64,000 nucleotides of DNA from Lama glama (Eukaryota): positions 68,884,001-68,948,000 of the forward strand of contig CM052817.1 in the NCBI GenBank assembly GCA_028534125.1, read 5' to 3'. A program made the position numbers and the translations under genes. Of the stretch, positions 26,881-41,405 are shown one piece after another. The notes below the pieces were generated by a model. It saw only the letters and a program-made list of their open reading frames with translations, searched no databases and had not been told where the DNA came from. Each line of letters starts with the position of its first letter. The stretch's first letter is position 1.

Positions 26881-29800
26881 ATTAAAGTTATTACTATCCA
26901 TACACAAACATTGCTTTAAACTTCTTTAGACTGAAAAAAGGACAATGTATTTATGAAAGAAAAAAAACTAAGTGCTGGGCCTTATTATTTATGTTATTGA
27001 TCTCCTTCAGTAACTGAAAATAATACATTGGAAATATCAGATATATAATTCCAGCTAATCCCAGAAATTCCAACTTTAGAAATAGTACTATTCAGAATCA
27101 AGCTCTCACAGAATAAAGAAAAAATGGTCAAAAGATGAAAACAATGAGATGGAAAATCTATAGAAATGAAGGATAGAAACCAAAGCGCTAGGTGTTTCTG
27201 AAGGAAACAAAGTAGCAAAGAGAAAAACAATAAGTATAAATCTAGGAGAAGAAAAATTTCTTGAGTTACAGTTCTTAAATTAGGTTAATCTATTTGCATC
27301 ATATGTTATGTATGAGAAAATATACCCTCCACTTTCGAGCACCTCCTTTTCATTTATGCATTGGCTGTTCACATGGGCTTGTTTATATCTTGATTTTCTA
27401 TCTGTAGTCCACCTCGTTTCTTGCCGTATTTCCCTGTAGAACTGGTACCCAGCCCTGAACCTCACATAGAATGGCAGAACCTATATTTTGCTCAATCTTG
27501 CCGGAATCTTGACCCCTGCTTCCTATTCCCCTCTTACTTTTCACTCTCTTTGACCATCCTGCTATGCAGAGAAGATCCTATTGAACTCACAACAGCTCAA
27601 ATGTTTTCTGGAACATTCTTGACTCTTTGCTCACTAGAATAACTTTACGGCAACAAAGACATGAAGAATCTTATTGAGTTACATGCCTTGGCTGACCCAG
27701 ATGTGGTCACCAGAACCGTCTCTATACCTACTTGTTTTCTGCCCCTAGTACCAGGGCTGATAATCAGCTGATATGCTTCAGTGCAACAAACAAGATGGAA
27801 TCTGATCTGATTGGTTGGAGGGGAGGCATTCTCCTTTGGAAGTTACTGCATTTTCCTACTCCTTCCTAAAACCATCTGAGACCCTAGTGAACTGGCCTGT
27901 TTCTTTCTCTCTTTGTCCCCATTAGCACAATTTGTGAGAGCTCAGAATGCTTTTCAAGATAATCTGAACACTACAGGTCATCTCAGAGATTTTTTCTCTT
28001 CTCAAAAAGCAAGAGAAATATTGTTTCTTCCTATTTGGTAAAATTATCTCCTGATTTTGGAGGTGGAGTATTCCTAGTAGGTCCCATTTCCACACTGGTT
28101 CAGATGTGCTGTATCTGTTTCTATAGGCCAAAGCAGTCACCGGGACAAGGAGCTGAGTATAACTGCTGCTGATGGCTTTTTCTGGGAACACTGCTTTATT
28201 GGCTCTGTCTTGATTTGGGCAGTGATAATCAAGCCCCAGCCTGGGAAAAACTCCTTAAAGTGTGAGTTTGGATTTGCATCTTGTTTTCCCAAATGTTTTT
28301 TATTTCAGAATGTGGCAGTTGGAAAATCCTCACTGACTTTTGGCTCATTTAACTTGTTTACAGATTAAGAGGTACATGAAATCTCTTATTACTTAAGTTA
28401 TAATAAAGCTGAATGCTGGAGTAATTAATCAAGAATATATTCCATCAATCAAGTAATGTTTCTTATATCACAGATTAAGTTTAATTTTCCTTGTTCTATT
28501 AAACTGTATTGGATAAGCCTCATTGGTTACCCATTTCACATCTAATTCCTCTAGCAACAATGCTTATATTTTTCTCAAGTTTTAAAAGTTAATTTGTAGC
28601 ATTACCATTGTCTAGATTTTGAGGACTTGAGAGTGATGGGTAGGCTAGATTCACCTCCTCTCAGGAGACTAAAAATGCACCACATGCTTGACAAGACTTA
28701 GAATTTTTTTTTCCCCATAAGGCAAATCCCAGGACACACATGGAAATGAGCCATGACTGAATAGAGACAACACAGTCTGCAGTTAACCTTGTATACATAG
28801 CATGGTTGGAAACTTATGACCCTTGGTTCCCAACACCCCACCCTTCCCTAATTGTTTAGTTCTGTAAGTACAGCAGTTTAAAGTGAAGAAGGTGTTGACA
28901 GGGTTTATTTCTTTTTTCAAGGCAAATAACTGGGGCAGTGATCTCTGTTGAAATTCTTTTTTGAGTTAGAAATGTGAAATAGGAGGGCCACAGTCCACTT
29001 TTGTACAAGTTCATGTGATACCCACATACAAATTTTGAATTGTCAAGCAGAAGTTGTAGCATTATTCTATACAATGAAGAGCTTCCCAGATTTCATATTT
29101 CTTTTCATTATCTTCCCAAATTATTGACTTAGCATTATTAAAGGAAAATGTATTCATAATAATCAGTTGATCAAATAAATCATTGAAAAGGGAAGACTGG
29201 GTATTACCTTCTCTATGGAAACTTTGCTAGGCATGTGGCCTTCAAGAATGAGGCAGCTGTGTCAGAGTTGGTCTGACAGTTTCCTCTGCAGTTTATTTTA
29301 ATGAATTCACACAGATACACCTAATATGTTGTGTATTCATCAGCCTGCACTGCTGACAGTTATATTACATAAAGTTCAGCATAAGACCCAAGCGTAGAGC
29401 TCCAAACCAGCATTTCAGAGCAAAGACTGCACATTCAATTAAACTCAAATTATCCAGTACCACTCTTTATCCTGTAAAACACCAAAGGAAATAGAAAGGG
29501 CAAGCTGCTACTTACAATGTTTTTCTGTTGCTTGATTCAGTGATTCTCCAGACAGCTATAAACTGAGATCTTGTTTGTGATGCTTCTCTAGTCATGTATC
29601 CCCTAGCAGCCTATATGGGGGGAAAAAATTCAAATGTTACAGGGCTAAATGTCAGCCCTTATAAGTAGTGGACTTCAGATCCAAGAGTACACTTTGGCTT
29701 TGACAGCATATGCTATGACTTCCAAAGGGATTCTTTGCAGATGTTATTATGCTGTTTATGACATAATGTCTTTCCAGCATAGTCAGATAACTGAAAGTGA

Positions 29801-31752
29801 TCAACAAAAGGAGGGTGATGTTAAGGAAAGAGGGAGGATTCATTTGTGTGCATGATTTCATGAGAAGAGTAATTGGAGCATCACATATTTTAGAGTGATG
29901 GCCAAATAATACACATTGGGCAGAACCACTTCTTACTTGCTATTCCAAGAGAACCTGAAATACAGATGTTACCAGTGCATTTGTGATGAAAATATCCCTT
30001 CCTTGAAAATGAAATTAAAGCTGGACCATTAAGATGCATGAAGGTCAAGTTCTTTGTGGCCCAATTTCTTTGAGCAATTTTTAAAACACTTCCTAAGCAT
30101 TTTATGAGCTATGAAAGCAGTGGGGAAACTGCAGCCACATAAAGGTCACATGCTAAGTACACTGCTGGAAAATATACAGCAAACATGAGGAATCAGTGAA
30201 GCTTCCTGACAAATACTGTGGTCCTAAGGCAGAGTTCTGCCTCAAATTGTATTTGTTAACCAGTAGGAATGCTTTTAAGGTTTCTCTTGTCACTTGGAAT
30301 AAAATTATTAAGTTACAGTTATACAAGCAAAGGTCTTCCATTCATGTAGTTTCATTTTGCTATCATCATAATTTTGGAAGTAAGGAAGAAAGGTATTTTG
30401 ACTTCAGAGGAGGATTTTTTTTTCTCTTCTGAAATATAGGTCATGTTAGTTTAATATCAGAGATGAATTATTTGGAAGCAAATTATGCAGTAGCTTTTTT
30501 ATTTCTTCTGTATTTCATGATTCATTTTCTGTAACAGTACATAGTTTTGATCCATAGTTAGTCTGATTTAGAAGTATTTCTTTTCTTTAGGACCTCTACG
30601 TATCTTCCATCCTTTTATCTCCAGATTAGATTGCTGTGATGTTATTTTAAGGTTCAAAAACTTCAGTTAAGCAAAGCACGTGGAAGGACATGCAAAATAC
30701 TTATCTTAATGACTGTCAGCAAGCGTATACTTCAAGTTTGCTTGGCATCACAAATATGCCAGAGAGTGTATGTTGATTTGGATGATAAGGAACCGTTGAG
30801 ACAGTTGGAACTTAAAAAAAGAAAATCTAGTTTAGGATTCTAATAAATAACATCCTGTGCTTGAATGTTTTTCTAGAATCCAGAAATCCTATAGAAAAAA
30901 TACTGATCTCGTAGACATTAACAATTGGAGGGTACTTCAGAGATAAGCTGGTCCAACCCTCTCATTTTACAGATAAGAAAACTGAGAGGTGACTTAGTCA
31001 AGCATTACCCTTCACAGATGTTTTGAGAGATGACTGATCTTTTAAATGGACTTGAAAAAGATTCAATAATACATATAATTTTTCGTAATGACCAACTACT
31101 TAAGTTTTCTACTAAAGGCAGCCTGAATAGAAGAAATAGTTTTGGAAATTCGAACCTTAGCACTTTCAAAGTTCACATTTTTTAAATAGTAGGATTAAAT
31201 AATACAACTGTACTGTTACAGGAAGCAGAGGCTTGTTAGGATGTTAACCTGTAATGAAAAAGGCCCCAAACCAGTTCTTTCATCAGAGTAGCACAAAGCT
31301 AACCTGTAAGAAACATTATTATTCTTTCTAGGCATACGACTTAGTCTTTGTTTTCAAGGACATTTGTTCCCTATTAGTCTTTTCTTTAGGATTGTTATTC
31401 CAAAGAGCTGTTGAAGAGGTAAATAGTAAGGAGAACTGGGGTGGGGGGAAGTAAATCTTGTAGAAAGAAAGCAAATTAACTCTCAGAAGGAAACATGATG
31501 AGGATAAACATTTAAATAGGAACAATCAAAGAAGATGTTAAAATTGGAGCTAGTCTCTTTGGTGAACTTAAAATGCTAAAGCTATCATAATACAAGTGAG
31601 ATTTACAAAGAGAAAACTCTGTCCAATGGCCACAAAATGAAAATCTATTCTAGCCACTAAATCACGGAGACTCACCTTTGGTTTAAAATTAAACCCAGTG
31701 AGAAAGCATTAATCACAATATCAAGCCTGTCACGAACAACTGAAGGAAAAGG

Positions 31753-32149
31753 TTTTTTTTTTTAATTATTTAAATTTTTTTAAGTTGAAGTATAGTTGAT
31801 TTACAATGTTTTGTTAGTTTCAGGTGTATAGCAAAGTGATTCACTTGTCCATATAAACACATATATATTTACTCTTTTTCAGGTTCTTTTTCATTATAGG
31901 TTATTACAAGCTATTGAATATAGTTCCTTGTGCTATATTGTAGAAACGTATCTATTTTATATATATAGTGGTGTGTATATGTTAATCCTAAACTCCTAAT
32001 TTATCCCTCCTCTTTCCCCTTTGGTAACCATAAGTTTGTTTTCTATGTCCATGAGTCTATTTCTGGTTTGTAAATAAGTTCATTTGTATCATTTTTTAAA
32101 AATTCTGCATATAAGTGATGTCATATGATATTTGTCTTTCTCTGACTTA
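31753..32149 (-). mobile_element. 5'-truncated L1 3' UTR
   Basis: T-tract, 'gttgaagtatagttgatttacaatg...ccctttggtaaccataagtttgttttctatg...gatatttgtctttctctgactta'; degenerate TSD-like flanks (tgaaggaaaagg / tgaagaaaaca). Confidence 0.9.
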
Positions 32150-32627
32150 TGAAGAAAACATTTTAAAAGCACACATTCTGCTGATTTTATTATTCTGCTA
32201 GTGGAGGAAGAAAAACCTAAGCCTAAGAGATAGATGAGGAACAAAGAGTAGGGCACTAAGAATTCTTGGTTTTGTTACAAGCTTCACAGCTTACTGATGG
32301 TGTCAATATTCTGAAAAGGCTTAACACATTTAAATATTTTTAAATTCTTACTTTCTGTCTTTTTTAACCAAGAAATTTAGCTCTGAGGAAAGCTTTCTTT
32401 GGGAAATATGAGTGAGCTTGTGACTTTTTGGTTACTTGGAAGCCAATTAGCTTTTCCCTCTAAATTTCAAAAATAAATTAATGGAAGTTCTCAGGTTACG
32501 GAAGAAAGGCAGCATTTTAAGAAGTAAAAGAAGTTTCCTTTATATCTGTGTGAAGGAATACTTTGGGCCAAAGTAGCTCTTGGTACAATAAAATGATCCT
32601 AATTCTACATGTCATTATTCTGATAGC

Positions 32628-33007
32628 TTTTTTTAAATGCAAGTTTAGGTGATTTACAATATTATATTAATTTCAAATGTATGGCATAGTGATTAAGTAT
32701 TTTTACTGCTTATTCTTCACTAGAATTTATTACAAGATAAGTCTATAATTCCCTGTGTTATACAATATATCCTTGTTGCTTTTCTAGTTTGTACATAGTA
32801 GTTTGTATGTCTTAATCCCATACCTCTAATTTGTTCCTCACTCCTCCCCTTTCCCCATTGTTAACCATCAGTTTGTTTTCTATATCTGTGAGTCCGTTTC
32901 TGTTTTGCATATTATGCTTAGTGAAATAAGTCAGGCAGAGAACGACAAATACTGTATGATATCACTTGTATGTGGAATCTAAAAAAAAAAAATACAAAGA
33001 GTATCTA
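32628..33007 (-). mobile_element. L1 3' UTR with 5' inversion (twin-priming type)
   Basis: About 32628-32910 is an antisense L1 3' end. About 32911-33007 ('attatgcttagtgaaataagtcaggcagagaacgacaaatactgtatgatatcacttgtatgtggaatctaaaa') is the adjacent upstream L1 segment in the opposite orientation. Confidence 0.8.
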
Positions 33008-34619
33008 TGTCCTCATATCTTAATGCTTCTTCCTGAGTATTTTCCTGTGAGAGTCCTGATATGTCTGAGATCTGGATCCAGAGCTCCCATTGGTTCAAAA
33101 TGAAGTCCTTGTTCCTCTCCACAGTAAATTAAGAATAAAACATTAAGAGGGAATCCTTTAGTTTTCACGTATTTTAGTAAAAATCATTTTCTATGTAGAT
33201 GCCTAATCTTTTCCCCAGTCACCTAGCTTGAGTCCTTGAGGAAAATGACTCCATTTATAGGATACTGTTATAAATTTGTGATGTGTCTAAAGTGATTTTG
33301 CAGCTAGGCAAATGTCAGCTAAAGTGGCAAAGAGCAGAATCATGTGTTTTACCTTAATATGGTAAAGTTGTCTACTTCTCCTTAATATCCTTTAGGAGGG
33401 CCCAGAAACAGAGCTCCTCCAAGGGATGTTAAACACCTGATGATGAATGATTCTGCAAGTGATGCTCAGGGATCAAAGTTTTAGCCAGAGAGGAATGATG
33501 GAAAAAGTGCATGCTGGCAGAAAAATCAGAGCTGTTTGGGTCTTGGCCACCACATTTATACAGAAAAAAATCAAAGAAGTTGAAACTGCTCATCTTGGCT
33601 GACTTTCCTACCACCTCCCACTCTTTCCAACCTTCCAAACTCACTTTTTGGAATATGGACACAGCTGATTCCCTCTGAAAGATTGAAGAGATGGCTACAT
33701 GTGTCTTGCAGATGGAATAAAAAGAGGGTCTGGCATTTCTGGAAATAGATGATATTCTACTAATAACTCCTTGAAAGAAATCTCACAAAGCAAGAAAAAG
33801 AGAAGGAACATTATAATACATTTGTTATTGTAAGTGGCTCTAGGCCTATGAAATCATCTGTATTATTTGCATGGATTCTAATGAATTGGTATACATTTTC
33901 AGCAATATCAGGACTCATCCCTCTGATGTAGAATAAGCAATATTACATACTTTCGGTCAGTATGAACAGAAGTCAACATATTTGTCCTCCACTGTGTTAT
34001 CGTGCATTTTATTCTCAGAATGAGATGTGAAGCCAATGCAATATTAATGGTAGTGGCACCGACTAACTTGTCAGTTACTTGTTTATCTATTTTCATCTGG
34101 AAGACCTGTGCTAACTTATAAGTATATAGTAGTTAATAAGCAGCCCTAGTTCTTTGCCCTCAAAGAACCTAGGAATCCTGGATGAGTTTCATAAGCTCTC
34201 TGGACATCTGTCAACAAAGGAGTTGAACTAGGTAGTTTTGAATGTACCTTCAAGCTCTCAGATGGAATGCTCCTAATCTCAGCCATTGGCATAGAAAGGA
34301 GATGAGGACTGTGGTTTCCATACTTGCTCCCAGTTTTTGTTTTTCCATGAATATTAGGATGCTGAAGGAGAGACTTCAATAAAAGTAGAAGAAGTACTTC
34401 TTTTCACACAGAAAGAACTACTGGAAAGAGAATAAGAGAGAAAAAAAGAAGGAAGAAATCCTAACTCATAGGATTTTGAAACCTGTGGCTTCTATTTGGA
34501 AAGCTTTGAAAATCAGAAACATATTACTCGGTATCCACCTTCATGTTGCCTTCAACTAATATTAATCCCATGTTCTATTTGCATAACTCTGTTCTTTTAA
34601 GTGATGATTAAGGAGTTCA

Positions 34620-34835
34620 TGAATAACCACTAGGGGACTTCCTGAATTTCAAGCCCTGCTGAAGTGTTTTACTTGCATGAATCCCCACAATCACCTTAGG
34701 AGGTAGATACTATAATTACCCTCTATTTCCAGAAGAGAATCAAAAAAGTCAAATAACTTCTCCAAGGGCATATAGTTAGCAAGAGTCAGGCCCAGGATTT
34801 GAATGTAATGTCTGGCATCACTGCTTCATACTGCC
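34620..34835 (-). mobile_element. MIR SINE
   Basis: 'atccccacaatcaccttaggaggtagatactataattaccctctattt...gcccaggatttgaa'. Confidence 0.7.
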
Positions 34836-35038
34836 TCAGTCATCCATTACCTGACTGAACCACTACTTCCATTGCTTTATGATTTTTCATTACTGTTTAT
34901 TAGAAAATGGTATTCATGAAAACTTCTTATATAGTCTCTTTTCATCAGACACTGATGAATGACCAGTTAAGATCTTGTCTTTCCTTCCTTTCTGTCATTA
35001 GAAGAAAAAGATAAATAATCATGATTTCGGTTTGCTCT

Positions 35039-35512
35039 TGTTTTAGTTTCTTATGGCTGATGCAACAAATTACTATACACTAGTGGCTTAAAATAACAAA
35101 AATCTATTCTGTCTCAGTTCTGAAAGCCAGAATTCCAAAACCAAGGTGTTGGCTGGGTTAATTCTTTCTAAAGACTGAAGGAAAATCCATCCCATGCCTC
35201 TCTCCTAGTATCTGGTGGCTGTCAGGAATTTTTGATGTTCTATGACTTGCAGATGCCTCACTTAAATCTCTGCCTCCATGTGCATATGACCTTCTCCCAA
35301 GTGACCTCTGTGTCCCAAAACTGCTTCTTCTTTCTCTTATGAGTCCACTTATTAAAGTTAGGCCCTACCTTAAATCCAGGATGATCTCATCCCAAGATCT
35401 TTAACTTAGTTACATCTGCAAAGACCCTGTTTCCAAATAAAGTGACATTCACAGGTACTAGAGATCAGGACTTGGAAGTATCTTCTAGAGGGACTCTATT
35501 CAACCCGTTATA
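35039..35512 (-). mobile_element. MaLR solo LTR (MLT1-type) with 5-bp TSD
   Basis: Begins tg, ends ta (ancestral ca). MLT1 phrases 'ggctgatgcaacaaattac', 'ttacatctgcaaagaccctgtttccaaataaagtgacattcacaggtac'. TSD gctct at 35034-35038 and 35513-35517. Confidence 0.88.
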
Positions 35513-38269
35513 GCTCTATTGATTGAAACAATTTAATGGTCAAGATATTTTCTTCATGATGTCAATCAATGCCTGTCTCATTCTGCTTAATTCACTAATT
35601 CAGCAAATATTGATTGAAAACTTCAACTATGGCCAGGTTACAGCAAATAAGAAGACAAATTCCCTGTGCTATTAGAGGTGGGATTGTGATTGGGAGGGAG
35701 GTGGGAGGAGAGACACAACAGACAAGACCAGTAACTAGTAAATAAACAAGACCATTTCAGAGAATGAAAAGTAACTTATGAATCCTAAGTATCCCCTTAA
35801 ACATCAGTTATAGCTCTAGATACTGCCAAAAAACTGTATGACTTTTTTTATTAAATCAAATTCTATTTTGAGTATCATTTCTGTTGCATAAAATCATTCT
35901 TGGTATGATAAAGTAGTCAAAAGAAACTATAGACTTCTTTGTCATTACTCATCTAACATGTCAGAAAAGTACTCATTCATGAAAGGAATAGCATACTAGA
36001 TTATCTGATTTCCCTCAGGAATTGGAGGAAATTGAATTGGGGAAAAATAACTAAAGCATCAATTCACCAAGCATCAATTTCCCTAATTCCCAAGCAGTAC
36101 AACATTGTAAGATTACTACCAAAAATGTCCTCAGGGATCTTTCTCTATAGGAACATACAATTTTTTGAAAAAATTCAACCCGCTGTAACTGGTCATATTT
36201 TATTCATTAATTATAATTGCAAAATTTTTGCAGAATATATTGGCAAATGGCTTAAAACTTGTTATTCAGGAAGTAATTCATTGAGTCTAAGATGACATCT
36301 TAAAACTCAGTTTAAGTTCAAATGACACCAGAACCTTAACATTAGTCTCTCCAAAGCACCTGTCTAAGGACAACCTTATCTCATGGCTGTATAACCACTG
36401 GGTACAAGAAAAACCTTTGGTGATGTTTTGTAAATTACTGAGAACTTGTTCTGGTGTACTTTTTGGATTTGTGGTTATTATATGTCCATTTTCTTTCCCC
36501 ACAAATTATATTTCTTTTGTTCAATTTCGGTAATTGGGTACAAGCAGATGGAGTTATTTTACTTTAGTTCATGAACCCTTTTATGGTGCTAAAAATTAAA
36601 AAAGCTCCAATGTTCATTCTAACTTGAAATACGAATTCAAGTGAGAGCCTAGTTTATTCTGAGATAGAGGTTTGGCTGTGCTTATGGTTAAACCAGTACT
36701 TGTTTCAGCAAACAGTTCAACTCCACACCTTGTTGATTCGCTGGAGAACTCATTCTTAGTTACCTGGTCAGAAAAGAGAAAGGTTGTGATCTGTCCTTTC
36801 ATTAGGAGTTTAGACATCCCCTCTGTCCATAGGTAGTGAGGAAATGATTTTTTGGAAGTCTCTTAGTGATAAGTTTTACAAAAACTATTTCGTAAGGTGC
36901 TACCATTCCAGTTTTTTTTTTTTAACTGAATTAACAAAAGAAGGTAAAAGAAACAGTAAGGAGTAAAAATGTAAAAAATAGTAGAATACAAAACAGGGGG
37001 ATGGAATTAACTCAAACAACTATGTTTAATGACTTTGTGCTGCTATTCCTTTGCCCAACAATAAGATATGATGTCTATAAAGTTGTGATGCTGGTAAATT
37101 TGTCGAGGTCTACCTCTTCCAAAACTTTTATCTCTATTCATTGGACCTCTGAAGAGTGCCTGCTGTGTGCTAGGTGCTGTAGTACATACTTGGTGGGTGG
37201 AGGTGGACTAAACACATAAAAGGACTTGGGTGGCAGACGTTAAACAAGAATATGCATGAACAAATTTGCAAATAAATACTTTCATATAGTGCTAAGTGCT
37301 ATGAAGCAATAAATAGATTGAAATGATGAACATTAACCAGAGATATTTAGATAAGGTATTAAAGAAATATTTTCCTGAGAAGAAGTCATTTAAGCTAAGT
37401 GCCAAGTGCGTAGGCTAAGTGCCAACTCAATTTATACATTAGAAGTTCAACTGGACTCTCACATAACTAGTCAGGATTAGGGGTTATTAACCTACGACCT
37501 CAGAACTGAAAGAGGGTAGATTTGGTGTCTTATAGCAGGATTAACTGTGTGATTTATATATAATCTAAATAAATAAATAAATAAATATCATCATTTACTA
37601 AGTAGACTGTTTCTATGGAATGGATTGTAATGGCTTTCCATCTGGGTTCACTCACATTATATGCCTTTGATCTACTCCGTTTTGCCTTCCTGATCAGAGG
37701 AATTCTAACTAGATTGGAAATCTTGCACTTTTTAAACTTTGAGAGTTAATCCGTTGATCCATGTGTTAAATTACACCACTTAGACCAAATCTTTTGTGAG
37801 GGGAATTTTCAAGAGTTATGAAAGCATTAGTGGACTGAATGTACTGCTTTGAGGTGTTCATCTAGTACAAAATGCTCCTTTGTGAAACCTTTAATCATTC
37901 TCAGTATACTCTAGTATTGTTCCTCAATTTTCTTATCTGTATCACGGGTATGATGAGACTATATACTTAATATTATGCTATAAACTGTTAACTGCATTTC
38001 TAAGAACTCTTGAGTTGATATATAACAATTAAGCAATTATTTCAATGTAAAAACAGGGGAATTATAAATGTAGTTTTAGCCTTGTAGTTGCATGTTATTT
38101 TTCTTATAGGAATTCCATTAATAATTTAACAGCTAATAATGCACAGCTAAAAATCAAAGCAACACTGAACAGGACATATAACTTTTTCTTCCCTTTCTCT
38201 ACCACCTCCAACACTATTGTTGGCACATTGTTTCTTATACATTCTAATTACTTGCACAGGTATAATCCT

Positions 38270-38500
38270 GGCCAACATTTACTAAGCACCCACTATGTGC
38301 CAAGCATCACTGTAAGTACATTACAAATATTTTCTCATTTAATCTTCACAGTGACCCCATGGATAGGCATCTATTAACCTCATTTTCCAGACATGGACAT
38401 TAAAGCATAGGGTGGTTAAGTATCTTGCCTAAGTTCACAAAATTGGCAAGTGTGACTATGGAACATAAAAGTCTAACCTCTCTCGATTGCAACCCCTATG
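38270..38500 (-). mobile_element. MIR SINE
   Basis: 'aacatttactaagcacccactatgtgccaagc...ctcatttaatcttcacagtgacccc...ggttaagtatcttgcctaagttcaca'. Confidence 0.85.
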
Positions 38501-40294
38501 TTCATTTCTGGTTCCTGATCGAAGTATGGGAATCTCCTTATAATTGATTAAGGCAAGGCTATCAGTGCAAAGAAAAGAATGTTTCCTCAACAGCTCAGTC
38601 CTATTGTATCTGTTTGCTCTATGAGAAACAGACTGGGAAAAAGTCCTGTTAAAAAAGAATATCATTATTGTTAATAAGTTACATTTGTAAGGTTTTTTTT
38701 CATTTAAACTTACTTATAAAAGGACCTGACCTTTCTGATAGGTATTTTTAGTAGGAAAACTTCAGAGTGGAATTGGGTGGTATAGATGGTACTTAAAGGC
38801 ACAGGCAATATGGATGAAAAGGGCCTATAGACAAGCCAGAAGAGGCCTTACTCATTTATACTTAAATAAATCCATATGACTTAAAATATGACTCTAATTA
38901 GATGAATTATTATTCCTAATTCTGATATGTTAAAAGGGATTACCCTGAAACATTCATCATGCACAGCCATGCACACCACCAAGGATGGTTTGGATTCTGG
39001 CAGCTTAACTATGAAATTCCTCCTCCTTTTAAGATTGTATGCCCCTGTTACAGAGTTTAAAATACATGATGAAAGGAAAATGCCACATATTTCTTATACA
39101 ATTTAAAAAATATGCCTCTAAATGTTCTGCCAATAAAGCTTGCATTAGGTGCTTCTCTGTTCATAATATAAAATACCCACCTGGAGATCAGAAACCATTT
39201 TAACACATTGGAAGTTTTCTTTTCCTAGCCCCTTGAAAAATTGAGTTCTGCTGTGTCAACTTGGCTAAGTCTGCCCTGGGCTACTCTTAATGATGGAATT
39301 CCTAGAATAAACACCAAGGATGATGAAAGGTAACCTGAACTGAATTTCTCCTGAACTTGAATGAGGTTGAGAGATCACTCTGCAAATTATTTCCAAGCTA
39401 AGAATTCATTTCAGTTGCTGCTATTATTGTAATCCATCTATGCATAAAGTGAGAGAAAATTTTATTACAAAAAATGACTAGTTTATGAAAGAATTTAAGG
39501 AAGATGAACATTTGGAGAGAGCATTACTAAGGTCTACAGAAACATTGTGAGAGATGTAACAAACATAGACAGCGTTGATTTGTGTTAATGATGTCTGTTT
39601 TTGAGAACTTTGTTGGTAGAAGCAATCCACTAAGAGGCATATGCATCACTTGAAACACCCTGGGGTAAATCTGAATAAAACTAAAGGAAAAAAATTGTTT
39701 AGATGAACATTTAGGCAGTATGTCTATAGAGTCAGGCACTAGAGGAAATGATGGTCATTGGAATTCCTTCCTTTAATTTGTATTTAATCTGTTTGAGAGG
39801 TTTGTTAATAGCAAGAATAGGTTTTGTTGAAGTCACTGTTTATCACACTGCATTATGTAGCTCTACCTGATATTTTTCTTGTTTATTCATTCATTCTCTC
39901 TTCAGTTATTTGATTATGATCTATTTTCTTCTATGAATATAATCCTTGTAAGAGCAAGACTTTTCAATTCACTCCTCCCAATATCCTGAGTGTGGTAGGA
40001 ACCATGATTGACACCCATCAATATGGAAAGGAGCAAGGTCATTTCTTCCCAGCACTACCTAGAACACTAGCACAGATAGCATTTGTCAGGCAAATAAAAT
40101 AAATAGGAATTACCATTTCTGACGCCAACAGAGTTAATTGCAAGTTGATGATAGAAAAATAACTCCAGTGAAAAATTCATTCCAGAAGAAATCAATGAAT
40201 ACTTATGTTTGATTTTTGTCCTTTAGACTATAAGACACTGTACAAAGTGTAGTGCTTTGGAAACAGAAGTTGGGGAGGGTAGTTGTTAATAAAT

Positions 40295-40570
40295 ATATCC
40301 CCGGGCATCTGTGGAGATTGGTTCTAGGAGCTCCCACAGATACTAAAATTCACAGATGCTCAAGTACCTTATATAAAATGGTGTAGTTCAGTCGGCCCTC
40401 TCTATCTGTGTGTTTCACATCCTTGGATTCAAGCAATCTCAAATGTTCGAAACCCCTACAAATTCAGAAGGCCAGAGGGCTGACTGTATATTATTGAAAC
40501 AAACAAAGAAACAAACAGTGTTATAAGCAGACCTGCCCAGTTCAAACCCTATTTATTCAAGGCTAAATGG
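40295..40570. mobile_element. TcMar-Tigger DNA transposon remnant (MER2/Tigger-like composite)
   Basis: MER2-like 'gattggttctaggagctcccacagatactaaaattcacagatgctcaagtaccttatataaaatggtgtag'; internal TIR pair at 40389-40400 and 40475-40486; Tigger1-like end 'cagttcaaaccctatttattcaaggctaaatg'. Confidence 0.75.
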
Positions 40571-40599
40571 TGATGCTGACTCAGCACCTTCTTTGAACA

Positions 40600-41060
40600 A
40601 AAGAGTATCTGAGTGGCTCCTCTGTGTTGAATGTTCATAGAAGGCATTTATGGCAGGATGGTGTTTAGACTAAGATCTGAAAGAAAAGGAAAACATTGAT
40701 AAACATATGAAAGAGCATTCCCTGTAGGGACAGCAGCTAGTACGAAGGCCTGGTGAGAATGAGAGAAACCATTGGAAAGTTATAATAATATCTATAGTGT
40801 GATACAGTTTAGGTTTATAAAATCACTCTGGCTGGTGTGTGGACTAAAGGTTGTAGAGAGTTAAGAATGGAAGCAGGGAGACCATTTTGGAGGCTGCTTT
40901 ACTAGTGCGGGTGAGAGAGGACAGTAGTGTGGACTTGAGTCATAGTGGTGTGGCCGGGAGGAAGTAGACAGATTCAGGACAGGTTTGGAAGTAGAATCAG
41001 TAGAGTTGCTTCACTGGATGTGGGAAAGGAGAGAAAAAGGAATCTGGGAGAATGCATAGG
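40600..41060 (-). mobile_element. L2 fragment
   Basis: 'aaaatcactctggctggtgtgtgga...aatggaagcagggagaccattttggaggctg...ggaagtagaatcagtagagttgct'. Confidence 0.75.
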
Positions 41061-41194
41061 AAAGTAGGGCTGGAGGTTCCGGGTGAACCTTACAGGTGGC
41101 TGTTAAAAAATCCAGGAAACCTTGAGAAGTGACTATCAGAAGGATCAACGTGGATATTACAAAGACTAATCAGAGATGAAATACTAAAGTATTC

Positions 41195-41405
41195 ATAGTA
41201 AATATTTATTGAGTTCTTACTGGGTGTAGAGCTAAATACTTCATGTACATTATGTCATTTATTCTGAAAAACAAAATAAAAATCATGTTAAGTGGGTATT
41301 ATCACTTTCGTTTTATAGATGAGAGAACAGAGGCTTAGATAAGTGAATTAACTTGTCCAGATCATATAAATGGAGAGAAGATGGGCGCAAAATCCTTCAG
41401 AACAC
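41195..41405 (-). mobile_element. MIR SINE
   Basis: 'atatttattgagttcttactgggtgt...ttttatagatgagagaacagaggcttagataagtgaattaacttgtcc'. Confidence 0.75.

Noticed and set aside
27895..28045. Pyrimidine tract with AG at 27924-27925, an open frame and a weak donor
   Set aside because: Weak donor, no homology recognised; consistent with chance.
37394..37425. 12-bp direct repeat gctaagtgccaa with an 8-bp spacer
   Set aside because: Only two copies at the edge of an old repeat; a small local duplication, not an array.
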